A stretch of 52,685 nucleotides of DNA, the filler included, from Jimgerdemannia flammicorona (taxonomy: Eukaryota), in the NCBI GenBank assembly GCA_003990765.1. It is 2 parts of 2 records of this genome, joined end to end, with 100 filler letters (N's around TTAATTAATTAA, not from the genome) between each part and the next. Parts side by side here need not be neighbours in the genome. Positions count along the whole stretch, not along the records: positions 26,395 to 52,685 come from RBNJ01000739.1; 1 more part is not named here. One strand, given 5' to 3'. The notes beneath the pieces are model-generated. The model made no database searches. It saw nothing but the letters and a program-made list of their open reading frames with translations, and had not been told where the DNA came from. A program made the position numbers and the translations under genes. Positions 26,447 to 38,600 of this stretch are shown one piece after another. Within the stretch, counting starts at the first letter, position 1. Every line of letters starts with the position of its first letter.

Positions 26447-28510
26447 TGTAAGAGGGTTGCTTTTTTAGAGTAACTGTTACGTAGTTCTAGAAGAGTTTCT
26501 GGAAGTTCTGGATATTCTAGAAGACTGTTTTCTTTATAGTCAAGCTCAATTTTGTATAGAGTACATCCTCTACACTTATTGATTTCAAGATCAGGTTGAT
26601 GTCTCAACCAAAGTCCTTTTTTGGACTAGTTCTGGATGTTCAGGATTTTCCGTATTTCAGGAAGTTCAAGAACCTAAGACCAGCTTAGTTGAATTGGCGT
26701 ATTGCTGTAGACAATACCTAATTAGAAAATTTCATGATGGGGTTAGGAGTGGACCTAATGGGGAGCAGATTTACTTAAGAGTGGTTTGTGGGTTATTTGA
26801 ATAGGTTTATTCACTATTCATGATATTGCTATACTAGGAGTAGTTGTGTGAGGGGATATTGTGGGGAAGTATTCAAGAATGTTCTTGTGTGTTTGAGTCT
26901 GAGATTCTGAGGTCTGGGGGAGGGGGTATTTATACTAGTGAGGGGCTATCTGGACTATATTAGATATTGGATGTAGCACTAAGTGCTTTACTGAGTTGGA
27001 ATGCAGTCATATAGTATAAGTGTGATCTGACATGTCAAGAGATCGTCTGACTGCTGAGTTAGTTCACAGTCATATTGTATAAGGCTAATCTAACTATACT
27101 ATGACTGCTAGGCTATTTATGGGTTTAGGCGCTGTCTGGGTAGTCCTTGATGACATCACCATCAATTGCATCATCTCTGATAAAGTAGTCATCTAGGAAG
27201 AGTGGTTCACAGATTACTTCTCCTTGTTCACTGAGGTAATAATACATTGAAACTTCATCACCATCCCACAGGATAGCATCATCTGTCTCATATGCTGGAT
27301 ATGGTGTTGGTGGGTGAAGGAGGGGTACATTATCTTCACTTTCATCAGATTTGCTATCTGCATACCTTCTGTAGGTTATAGCACTATGAGTCACAGGGTT
27401 GTAGTAAGCTGGTGGCTGTGGTTCATGTCACTCATATTCAGATGGTGGGGTGGTTGGTTCAATCTCAAGGGTTGTCTGAAGATACAGGTTATGTTCTCCA
27501 GTCTCTTCATTGTAGTTGAAGTAATCAGGGGTGAATGCTGGTTGGTATTCATGCTAGTGATCATTGTCCCAATAAGTCTCGTATGCTGTTATGAATTATT
27601 GTAAGTTTATCAGCAAGATTGGCGGTGTGATCAGGGTTGGCAGAGATCCTTGGCTAGAGGTCATATTGGTATCAGAGGGATCATTGTCTTCTGCTTTGTC
27701 TTCATCGAAGTGGATTATATTGTAGATGTCCTTCATGATGTATCCAACTTGGGGCATTTGTAGGATGTGATCATTGGGGTGTGGGAAGGTTCTGTCTGTA
27801 GTTTCGATGTACTCGAGGTACTTCTGGTTGAGTTCTTGTATCATGTCATTGATTTGACCATAGGACAGGGTAGTAACCATTTTGCTGGTAGTAACTCAGA
27901 GGTGGGGAATAATGGTACTGTACTCATAGAAGAGTTCTCGATGTTTGCAGGCGATGAGCTTCTGGTGTTGAGACATCTTGGTAATGTCTGTATCGTGGTA
28001 GTGTTTGACCATGTCTTTCAGGAGGCAGCCGATCTGGTAGTAGCTTGAGATTTGTCCAATTCGGTGGGCCTCGCTAAGCATGTTCAGAGTATTTCATTGG
28101 GCTTCCACAAAGTAGAGGGGTGCTAGGCTATAGATATTCATGAGGGGCAGAGGGAGTGTGACTCAGTTGACAATGGCATTCCAAATGTCAGCATGGATAT
28201 GGGTATAGATCTCGGTGGTCATGTTTGTGTGTTTAGAAGTTGTGGTTATTGTTTGTTTTGGTTCTCTGATTTGATGTGTCTCAGTGCTCAGTATATATGC
28301 ATTTGGTCCTAATTGGTAAGATTCCATTTGTGTAAATCTTGTGTTCTGTGACTTCGTATTGACTCAGCTTTGTATGCTGTAACTTTGGTTTGACTCAGCT
28401 TTGTGATCAAGCAGGTGATTTCCAGATTTGTTCAGAGGTCACGTGTGATTTCAGTGGCTTGTTCAGAGGGTAACATGTAATTTTGGTAACTTGGAGGTTG
28501 TGTGCTTATA
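26447..28510 (-). repeat. Family C 5' LTR (~2.06 kb) containing a U3 ORF
   Basis: Termini TATAAG (from TGTAAG)...CTTACA, followed by the PBS. TATAAATA at 26927-26934. Colinear with 33605-35646. Confidence 0.9.
27125..28222 (-). pseudogene. Family C LTR-encoded ORF (~365 aa, unknown function)
   Basis: ORF-track pieces 27896..28081, 27596..27880 and 27125..27394 share one frame from the ATG at 28222. The stops at 27896 (TGA) and 27596 (TAA) are CGA and CAA in the copy at 34301-35389. Confidence 0.85.
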
Positions 28511-28527
28511 CTATAAAAGAAAAAAAA

Positions 28528-28728
28528 ATGGTATATATCTGAAGATCTGATAAATCTTCTTAGCTATCCTTACTTCTTATATATTCATATGTAGAAGTGG
28601 TATCTTATAACTCTTGGAGACTAGTCTATGAGAACTCCTAGTAGAGAAGGTTTCTTATTTCATACTCCTATCATATTTGGAGATATTTGATAGCAATAGT
28701 GATCCTTGTTTTCATCTCACAGTGATAG
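28528..28728 (-). repeat. Fragment of a third family B LTR/U3 ORF
   Basis: Aligns by eye to ~21802-22000. Cut by the family C LTR starting at 28729. Confidence 0.8.
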
Positions 28729-30210
28729 TGTAAGAGAGTTGCTTTTTTGGATAACTGTTACATAGTTCTGGAAGGGTTTTCTAGAGGTTCTGGAAGACTG
28801 TTTTCTTATGGTCAAGATCAATTTCATATGGAGTATGTTCTCTATACTTATTGATTTTAAGTTCGAGTTGATGTCTCAACCAAAGTCCTTTTTTGGACTA
28901 GTTCTGGATGTTCAGGATTTTCCATATTTCAGGAAGTTTAAGAAACTAAGACCAGCTTAGTTGAATTGGTGTATCACTGCAGACAATACCCAATTAGGAA
29001 ATTTCATGATAGGGTTAGGAGTGGGACCTAATGGTAAGTAGATTTACTTAAGAGTGGTTTGTGGGTTATTAAATAGGTTTATTCGCTATTCATGATATTA
29101 CTATACTAGGAGTAGTTGTGTAAAGGGATATTGTGGGGAAGTGCTCAGGAGTTGTTATGTTCGGATTGTTGAGGTCTGAGATTCTGAGGTCCGGGAGAGG
29201 GGGTATTTATACTAGTGAGGGGCTATCTGGACTATACTAGATATGGATGTAGCACTAAGTGCTTTGCTGAGTCGGAATGCAGTCACATAGTACAAGTGTG
29301 ATCTGATACATATATCAAGAGATCGTCTGACTGCTGAGTCAGTTCACAGTCACATCGTACAAGGCTAATCTAACTATACTATGACTGCTAGGCTATTTAT
29401 AGGTTTAGACACTATCTAGATAGTCTTTGATGATATTACTATTAATGACATCATCACTGGCAAAGTCTGAGCAGTTTTCTAACTTCTGACATCATTAGTT
29501 TCAAAATGTCATTACTTCTATCTCTTGCAAGATTAAGGCTATCCTTGGTGGCAGTGGTTGTACAAGAATAACAGGTCTTGGTTCTCTTTTTTTTTGGTCT
29601 GCTGGTGCATTTGTGAGGACTGGCCATTCTTGTCTAGGGCAAGGACTCCCAATGTTATGGCTTTGGGTTTGAACCTCTCGGAAATGATATTTTCTATAAT
29701 CCGAGGCAATTTCTAGTAGTAATATCTGTCACATGGATGGCTTGAGATTGGTTTCAATGATGTCAGCTTTCTTGAGTTCAGATGAAGTGTCTGTCACTCT
29801 CCAATGGAGGTGATACAGATAGAGCAAATGGAGTTGTTCAAATGTGTTTTGCTTCTGCTAAGTAATGAGATCTTGTATAGTTACAGTGTATCTTAGTCTT
29901 GAGTTGATAAGTATAGTTCATGAACCTTTTGGTAAATGGGATAGGGTTCTTCTTGTCTCAATTTGAGTTTGGTACTTTCAGTTTCCTTTTGTAATAGTAT
30001 AGTACACCAAACTAGTTATAGCAGTTCAGAGTCAGTCTTATGGTTGTAGTACTTCTTCTAGTATTCTTGTATCTTGGTGGTGGGTTCTCATGCTTGCTGG
30101 CATATTTCGTGTAACCAGATGATCTCTTGTTTTGTAGTCTCACATGTGGTTTCCAAATTAGTTCTGAGGATACCATATAATTTTAGTGGCTTGGAGGTTG
30201 TGTGCTTACA
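28729..30210 (-). repeat. Family C 3' LTR variant (~1.48 kb) with an alternative U3 cargo
   Basis: TGTAAG...CTTACA termini. Homologous to the other family C LTRs over 28729-29455 and ~30145-30210 only. Confidence 0.85.
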
Positions 30211-33200
30211 ACTCTCCCCTTCTTAGCTTTTGATGTCCTCATCGGGACCTTCTAATTTGTTCTGGTGTTGTTGTATCATTTGGATGATTCTTGTGGCTGT
30301 GTTTGTTGAGGATTTGTTCAACTTTGTATTCTTCTTGGTTATTAATAATGACAGATACAGGTGGTTCTGTGGTTCAGTTCAGAAATGTGTCTTGGGCTTT
30401 CTGGAGTAGTGGTCTGACATGGCTGTCAACTTTTGAAAAATCTTCTTCAGAGTTCTCGAGTTCTCCTTTGGATGGACGGATGGAGATGGCAAAGAGAGGA
30501 CATTTCTTGGCCAATTTCTTAAGTTGTAGCTTGTTGATGTGAGTGATCTTTGGTCCAGGGTCACTAGAATTAAGTAGGTCCTTTTCACCTTACAGTTTGA
30601 AGTTGTGGTGTCCTTTCTTGATGGTCAGAGAATAGTTTACCTAATCAATCATGAGGTTCTCTTGTTTCAGCCATGGGGTTCCAAGGATGATTTCATTATC
30701 AGGGAGTGGTACAATCTGGAGGGTAATATATACTTGGTAGTCACCAATTTGGAAGGGTAGATTGTAGACTTCTTTGCTAATAACATGTGAGGTTCCATCG
30801 GCTGTAGCAACTGCTTGAGTTTGCTGTATTGGAGAGATGAAGACCTTGAGTCTATTGGCTGTCTCTTCATTGATGAAGTTGCCTAAGGTACTACTGTCTA
30901 TCATAATCTTGACAGGTACTTGGTTGACAAAAGCCTTAAGTGTAAGTAGTTTGTCTGATCTGATAGTGGTGATTTCAGTTGTAGGACTTTTCTTTCTATT
31001 GATTCTTCTTTGAGCCAGTTTATTGATATAAGAGAAGTAATCATCAATCATTTGGAAAGAGTACATTCCAATACCATGAGGGCATCGGCCACTTGGTACA
31101 TATCTGTCTTCAATCTTCTTGTAGAATTGTTCTTCTTTGCTCATAGTAGGTTAGGCTGGGGCCTTGTTCGATGAGCCAAATCCTTTGGATCCTCAGATGG
31201 TGGGCAGTAGTTCAGGGACTTCCTTGACTGTCAGGGTTGACTCGATTTTTTTGAATAGGATCTGGGCAATGCAGAAACCTATGGAAATCTTGAAGGGTAT
31301 CCAACTATGGTTTCAGATGAGGACAATAATTTTGCCTATGTAATCTTCATCAATGACTCCTCCTTCTACTGAGAGTCCTTTTAATGCTAAGCTGCTGCAA
31401 CAGCATATTCTTCCAACATGTTCTTCAGGGATTCAGATACTGATTCCTGTGTAGACTTGCTTGACTTCTCAGTTGGAAACTGTAGCTTCTTCGGCTGCAT
31501 ACAGGTCATATCCAGCTGCTTTTTGACTTCCTTTGGTTGGGGCCTTGGCAGTTTGTCTTAACTTGACAAAGTCTAATATTCTGGTGGTCAGGTTGTTGAG
31601 GTGGTACAGAGTGGTAACAGTTGCTCATGTTGCTGTTCAAGGTTTTCAGTTAGGGCAGACACTGGCCATGTGTCCTGTCTTTTGGCAATAGAAGTATGCT
31701 CCACTTCTTTGAAGTTCATTCCTTTCTCCTTTAGTGAGTTTCTTGAAGATACTCAGCTGGATAGGTTCATGATTTCTTTGGTGTCTATGAGGTGGATGTG
31801 GAGGGAGCTTTAGATGCTTTATGCTTGGGTTCTTCTTTCTTGGTCCAAGTCTTTTCCTTATTGTTAAATTATCTTTGGTGCAGAATTGGTCTAGCTGTTA
31901 GGATTCACTTGACCATAGTCTTAATTCTTGCTAGGCACCATTGTTGGTGATCACAACCAACTAGGTGGCCTTGTTCTTGGATTTTTCAAGTAAGCCATTC
32001 AGGTAGTATATTGAATAAATGGTCTGCTCTTGTACTATTTCGTGCTTCATCATTGGTAATATATCCTAGGCCAACAGTGTTCAGGAGTGACTCAAGTTTT
32101 ATACAGAAGGTTTCAAATTCTTTTTCGTCATATACATCAAATTTGAGGTTGCAGAGTTTTACTTGAGATTCAGCAATCATGGTTTTGCTATGGTATTGAG
32201 CAATCATGAGTTGTTTGAGTCCAGGGGCTGCAGGATGGGCTCTGTATCCTGGGGCATTGTTTGCTGTATTCTGAGCAACTACTGCAGGTCAGGTATCCTA
32301 TGTGAGGGGTTTTTCAGGAAGGGTTCACCACCATTCTTTGACAGGTCCTTAGAAGAATGTAACAACTTGGTGGACATAGGCTGTAGTGGTAGCAAAGAGT
32401 TGTTCCAGAGTGTGGTCTTGATTATTTGTCAGAATATAGTTAGCAACTCACTCATTGGTCCATTGATTGGCTTCAAAGTTAGTGTCAACTACACTAATGA
32501 AACTTTGGACTTTCTGTGCAGTACTATTGAAGATAGGTAGGCCCAGATTTTTGGTAGGTCAGGTCTGTTCAGCTAATGTAGTAATGGTTGCTGCCATTAT
32601 GGCTACCTGGGCTGTGAGGTCTAGAATCTGTTGGTTTGCCATATTGTTTGCTAGAGACAGTTGAACTACTGGTAGTGGTGTTACTGGTACTACTTGAGGT
32701 ACTGGTGCAGAGTGTGAGGGTGTTCTTTGAGTCTGTATAAGTTGCTGAAGTAGTAGTTGTGAGTCTGGAGTGAGGGCTTGATAGATAACTATTTGTTGCT
32801 GTGTAGGTGTATTCTGTTCTGATGAAGGTACTTCTCCTTCACTGGTGTATCTAGGATCAAATTCACTGAGATACTCCTCCTTCTGTTCGGTTTGGTCCCT
32901 ATGTAATTGGGTTTGCTTGATATTGAAGTAGACAGAATCAGTTGTATATCTGATTTCAGATGGACTTAATTCAAAGTCAAGTTCAGGTTCAGTATTGGTT
33001 TCAGATTCAGGTAGGACTGTAGCAGGGCCTGCTTCAGGTTCGGGGTCAGGTAATTGATGAAGAGTTTCTCTTACTTCTTCTTTAAGAATATGGTGGGCCT
33101 TGCTGTTCTGGAATTGGTAGTATAGTGCAGTCTTGGTCCTGGTATGGTGAAAGTCGGTAGAGTTGAGCCACTTAGCTATGGAGGCTTGGGCTTTGTAAGG

Positions 33201-33604
33201 AACTAAGGCTAGAAAGACTGCTGCTGGTTATCCTAGATTGCTCAGATTTATGGAGCTGACAAAACTCTTGTTGAGAAGGGTAAAAAAGGCTTCTATAAGA
33301 CCTTCTTCATCTTGACTTGCTGGGTGTAGTGCAAGGAGTTCGGTGAATAGGGTTTCACCTATTTGCTGATTTAACTGAAGTATTTCTTTCTTCGAATGAA
33401 GTTTGTCCCACTTGTTGCAGGTGTGGAGGTCAAATTGTCCTTGTATGTCAGGTTCAATTCTCTCCAGATTGTCAGATGGTTCAGGATAAATTTCAGTTCA
33501 GAGGTTGGGCTTTATACTAACTTGTAGGAATTTGCAGAGGAGTTTGTAGTGGGGTGAGGAAGTATCTTGAAGTGAAATTGGATTATAAACCACTGCTACC
33601 AAGT

Positions 33605-35646
33605 TGTTAGAGAGTTGCTTTTTAGGGTAACCATTATGTAGTTCTGAAAGAGTTTTCTGGAAGTTCTGGATGTTCTGGATGTTCTGGAAGACCATTTTCT
33701 TATGGTCAAGATCAATTTTATATAGAGTACATCCTCTATGCTTATTGATTTCAAGTTTGGGTTAGAGTCTCAATCAAGTCCTTTTTCAGACTAGTTCTGG
33801 ATATTCAGGATTTTCTGTATTTCAGGGATTTCAAAAAACTAAGACCAGCTTAGTTGAATTGGCATATCACTGCAGACAATACCCAATTAGGAAATTTTGT
33901 GATGGAGTTAGGAGTGGGACCTAATGAGGAGTGGATTTTACTTAAGAGTAGTTTGTGGATTATTAAATAGGTTTATTTACTATTCATGATATTGCTATAC
34001 TAGGAGTAGTTGTGTGAAGGGATATTGTGGAGAAGTGCTCAGGAGTTGTATTCAGATTGTTCAAGTCCTTCGAGTCTGAGATTCTGAGGTCTGGGGGAGG
34101 GGGTATTTATACTAGTGAGGGGCTATCTGGACTATGCTGAATATGGATATAGCACTAAGTGCCTTGCTGAGTCAGAATACAGTCATGTAGTACAAGTGTG
34201 ATCTGATATGTCAAGAGATTATCTGACTGCTGAGTCAGTTCACAGTCACATCGTATAAGGCTAATCTAACTATACTATGACTGCTAAGCTATTTATAGGT
34301 TTAGACACAGTCTTTGATGACATCACCATCAATGACATCATCTCTGATGAAATAGTCATTTAGGAAAAGTGGTTCACAGATTACTTCTCCTTGTTCGCTA
34401 AGGTAATAATATATTGAAACTTCATCACTATCCTACAGAATAGCATCATCTGTCTTGTATGCTGGATAAGGTGTTGGTGGGTAAAGGAAAGGTGCATTGT
34501 CTTTGCTTTTATCAGATTCACTGTCTGCATATCTTCTGTAGGTTACAGTACTATGAGTCATGGAATTGTAGTAAGCTGGTGGCTGTAGTTCATGCCACTT
34601 GTACTCAAGTGGTAGAGTGGTTGGTTTAATCTCGAGGGTTGTCTGGAGGTACAGGTTGTGTTCTCTGGTCTCTTTATTGTAGTTAAAGTTATCAGAGATA
34701 AATACAGATTAGTATTCATGCCAGTAATCATTGTCCCAATAAGTCTTGTATGCTGTTATGAATTGTTGTAAGTTCATCAGCAAGGTTGGTGGTGTGATCA
34801 GGGTTGGCAGGGATCCTTGGCTTGAGGTCATGTCAGCATCAGAGGGATTATTGTCTTCTACTTTATCTTCATCAAAGTGGATTATATCATAGATGTCCTT
34901 TATGGCATATCCGACTTGGAGCATTTGTAGGATATGATCATTGGGGTGTGGGAAGGTTCTGTCTGTAGTTTCAACGTACTCGAGGTACTTGTGGTTGAGT
35001 TCTAGTATCATGTCATCAATTTGGCCATAGGACAGGATAGCAACCATTTTGACTGTAGTAACTCGGAGGTAGGGGATAACAGTGCTATACTTGTAGAAGA
35101 GTTCTCTGTGTTTGCAGACAATGAGTTTCTGGTGTTAAGACATCTGGGTAATGTCTGTATCATAGTAGTGTTCGACTATGTCTTCCAGGAGGTGGCCGAT
35201 CTGGTAGTAGCTTGAGATTTGTCTGATTCGGTGGGCCTCATTAAGCATATTCAGGGTGTTCCATCGGGCTTCTACAAAGTAGAGGGGTGCTAGACTATGG
35301 ATATTCATGAGGGGCAGAGGGGGTGTGGCTTGGTTGATAATGGCATTCCAAATGTCAGCACAGATATAGTTGTAGATTTCAGTGGTCATATTTGTATGTT
35401 TGAAAGTTGTGGTTTGTTGTTTGTTTTAGTTCTCTGTCTTGATGCATCTCAGTGCTTGGTATATATGCATTTGGTCCTAATTGGTAAGATTCCGTTTGTG
35501 TGAATCTTATGTTCTGTGACTTCGTGTTGACTCAGCTTTATGCACTATGACTTCAGTTTAACTCAGCTTCATGATCAAGCAGGTAATTTCCAGATTTGTT
35601 CAGAGGTCATGTGTGATTTTGGTGGCTTAGAGGTTGTGCACTTACA
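33605..35646 (-). repeat. Family C 5' LTR (~2.04 kb) containing a U3 ORF
   Basis: TGTAAG start at 35646, CTAACA end at 33605, then PBS. Colinear with 26447-28510. Confidence 0.9.
34301..35389 (-). pseudogene. Family C LTR-encoded ORF, second copy (~362 aa)
   Basis: MTTEIYNYICADIWNAII... in a single frame to a stop at 34301, with an in-frame 9-bp deletion near the end. Stops at 35135 and 34709 are CAA in the other copy. Confidence 0.85.
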
Positions 35647-38600
35647 ATAAGGTTCTGGGCTGTGGGGACTTGTATATGACTGGATTGCTGGAATGGGACT
35701 AGGCTTGCAGGGGTCTCAGGGTTTTGACCATGAAGTAACTGAAATGGAGAAAGGCTAGTTGATGATTGGTTGACATTATTGTAAGTGAACTCAGCATAGG
35801 TCAGATAGTGGTCCTAATCATCTTGCTCATAAGATACATAGTTTCTGAGCATTTGTTCAAGTGTTCTGTTCATTTACTCTGTCTGTCCATTAGTTTGAGG
35901 ATGGAAAGCAGTGGACATAGTAATTTGGGTTCCAAGGGTCTTGAAGAGTGCTTATCAGAAGTAACTTGTGAACTTGGGGTCATGGTCGCTGATAATTATT
36001 TGGGGAAGTCCATAATAGCAGAAGACAGTCTTGAAGAAGATTCTTGCAATTTCTGGGGCAGTGGTATTGGTTGTAGTTGGCTTGGCAATTATAATCTTGG
36101 TGAGACAGTCCACAAATACAACAATAGCATCATAGCCTGTTTTGGTTTGTGGGAGTTGCACAATGAAGTCCATTATGACTTATTCAAACTTCTTGGTTGG
36201 AATTGACAAGAGTTGTAGAAGACTGGTAGGTGCTTGGTTGCTTGACTTGTTTCTTTAGCAAAGATCACAGCTTTGGACATACTCCTTAATTTCCTTGAGC
36301 ATATTTGACCAGTAGTAGTCTTGTTGGATATTCTTAATGGTCTTCTCAGTTCCAAGATGGCCAGCTAGTAGGGAGTCATGATGTTTATGAAGAATCTTAT
36401 ACTATAGTTCAGGGTTAGCAGGAATATATACTTTATTTTGGTAGTACATGAGGTTGTCCTTAATGGTGTACTTTTCCTTGAATTTCTTGGTATTCCTTTG
36501 TAGAACCAGAGAGTCTTGTTTGTATACCTTCTTGATCTGATTGAGGAATTCAGGTGCCATGGTGACTTGTAAAATTGTAGCAAGATCAGGTCTTCTTGAA
36601 AGTATATCTGATACAACTAGAGTTTTGCCAGGCTTGTAGATGATGTTTGGGGTAAAGGTCTGAAGTAGTTGACTCCATTTGGCTTGTTGGCAAGAAAGGG
36701 TTAGTTGAGTGTTAATGTACTGAAGGGATCTGTAATCAGTGATCATGTCGAACTCAACTCCTTCTAGGTAGTATTGCCAGGTCTTGAGGGTATTTATAAT
36801 TGCCAGAAGTTCTTTTTCATGAGTAGCCAGCTTTTGTTCCACTGGGGACAATTTTCTTAACTCAAAGACAATAGGTCAGTATCCTTGCTCATTATCTTGA
36901 GAAATGACTGCACCAATGGCAAAGTTAGATGCATCTGTAGTGACTGTGAACTTCAAGTTTGGGTCCATGTTTCTAAGGACAGGTGCATGGGTCAGGTGGT
37001 TCTTGAGTTCTTGAAAAGCTTGTTGACAGAAGGCATCCCAGATGTAGGGAACATAGAGGTCAGAGTTGAGTTACTTTCACAGGAAGTTTGTCAAAGATTC
37101 TGTAATGCCAGAGAAGTTCTTGGCAAATCGATGGTAGTATCTAGCCAGACCAAGGAAGGACCTGAGTTCAGTGAGATTTGCTGGTACAGGCCACTGTTCA
37201 ATGGTTTGTATTTTCCTTGGGTCTACTTGAATTCCTTTGGCTGATACAATGTGTCCAAGGTATTTGACTTGATCCTTGAAAAATTCACATTTCTTGAACT
37301 TTGCATAGAGCTTGTTCTTATAGAGGATCTTGAGGACTTGTTTAATGTGCTTGAGATGTTCTTCTTCAGTGCTACTGAAGATCAGGATGTCATCAATATA
37401 TACAAGTATGAAGATATACAGCTGATCCTTGAAGACAGTTTGCATGAGATCTTGAAAGGTTGCTGGCGCATTGGTGAGACCAAAGGCCATGACTAGAAAT
37501 TCATAGAGTCCAAAGGGTGTCATGAAGGCAGTCTTGGGTATGTCTTCTGGCTTGATTCGAATTTGGTGATACCCAGAGATGAGATCAATCTTGGTGAAGT
37601 ACTTTGCATTTTTGAGAGCATCAAAGATTTGATCTATGAGCAGTAGTGGATAATGGTTCTTGACTGTGATCTTGTTGAGTGCTCAGTAGTCTATGCACAT
37701 TTGCAGAGTATCATCCTTTTTCTTGACAAATAGGACTGAGGAGCCAAAGGGTAACTTGCTTGGCTGAATGGCTTCTCACTCAATGAGTTCATTGAGTTCC
37801 TTCTTGACTGCTTCAATTTCGAGTAGAGACATGCAGTATATTTTCTTCTTAGGTATAGCTGTATTAGGTATCAACTTGATTTAATGGTCATGGTCTCTTG
37901 AAGGTGGTAGACCTGGTAGTTTGTCCAGGAAGACATCCTTGTACTTGTTCAGTAGTAACTTGATACTTTCACTAATCAATAGCTTCTTGTCTTCTTTCTT
38001 TGGTTGAATCAGTGCCACAAAGGTACAGATAGCTTTCTTGAGGGCCTTCTTGAACTGAATTGCTGAAAGGGTAGCAATTGGGGTTCTTGTCTGAGTCTTG
38101 TCTAGCTTAATGGTAATATTGGCTCTATCCTGAATCAAGGTGACTTCATTCTTGGTCCAATCAATCTAAGGATTGTGCCATGTAAGCCAGGGTTTGCCTA
38201 GGATCAGATCATGGTCTCCTAGTGGTGCTACTTCGAAATCTAAATGTTCCCAGTACTTCTGGATCTTGAGGGGAAGTTTAGTGGCAATTGAGTCAATTGG
38301 TAAGATGGTGCCATCTGCAGTGACAACTCTACCATTCTTGCCAGCTGGTTTGGTAAGAATCTTGAGCTTATTGATGAGGTTCTTATTGATGAAGTTCCCA
38401 ACAGCTCTACTGTCTATGAGAACATCTAGTTCTTGTCCCTTGACTAGACCTTTGAAAATGAACATTGAATTGGCTCAGTTCTTAGCTATGCTTGCAACTT
38501 TGTCAGTACTGCCAAAGCCTTTCTGATCTCGCTTGGTTGAAGACAGCTTAGTGACTTCTTTGATGACTAGTAGGGTGGCTCGCTCCAGAATGAGCTGTGC

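Larger units (their letters stand above)
28729..35646 (-). mobile_element. Family C copy 2: non-autonomous deletion derivative or chimera (LTR-PBS-gag-dUTPase-PR, RT/RH/INT deleted, PPT-LTR)
   Basis: 5' LTR 33605-35646, PBS 33589-33601, zinc knuckle YFYCQKTGHMASVC (~31655-31700), dUTPase ~31160-31570, protease IMIDSSTLGNF, purine tract AGGGGAGAGT 30211-30220, 3' LTR 28729-30210. Relative to copy 1 it lacks ~2.6 kb at ~30385 and ~0.5 kb at ~30286. Confidence 0.9.

Noticed and set aside
27125..28222. LTR ORF as an env glycoprotein
   Set aside because: No evident signal peptide or transmembrane segment, and it lies inside the LTR rather than between pol and the PPT.
15255..28510. Pairing the 26447-28510 LTR with copy 1's 3' LTR as one element around family B
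   Set aside because: The two LTRs differ by many transversions and indels, and an assembly gap separates them.
30380..30390. The deletion as a spliced (intron-removed) copy
   Set aside because: No GT donor at the corresponding position in copy 1; microhomology explains it better.
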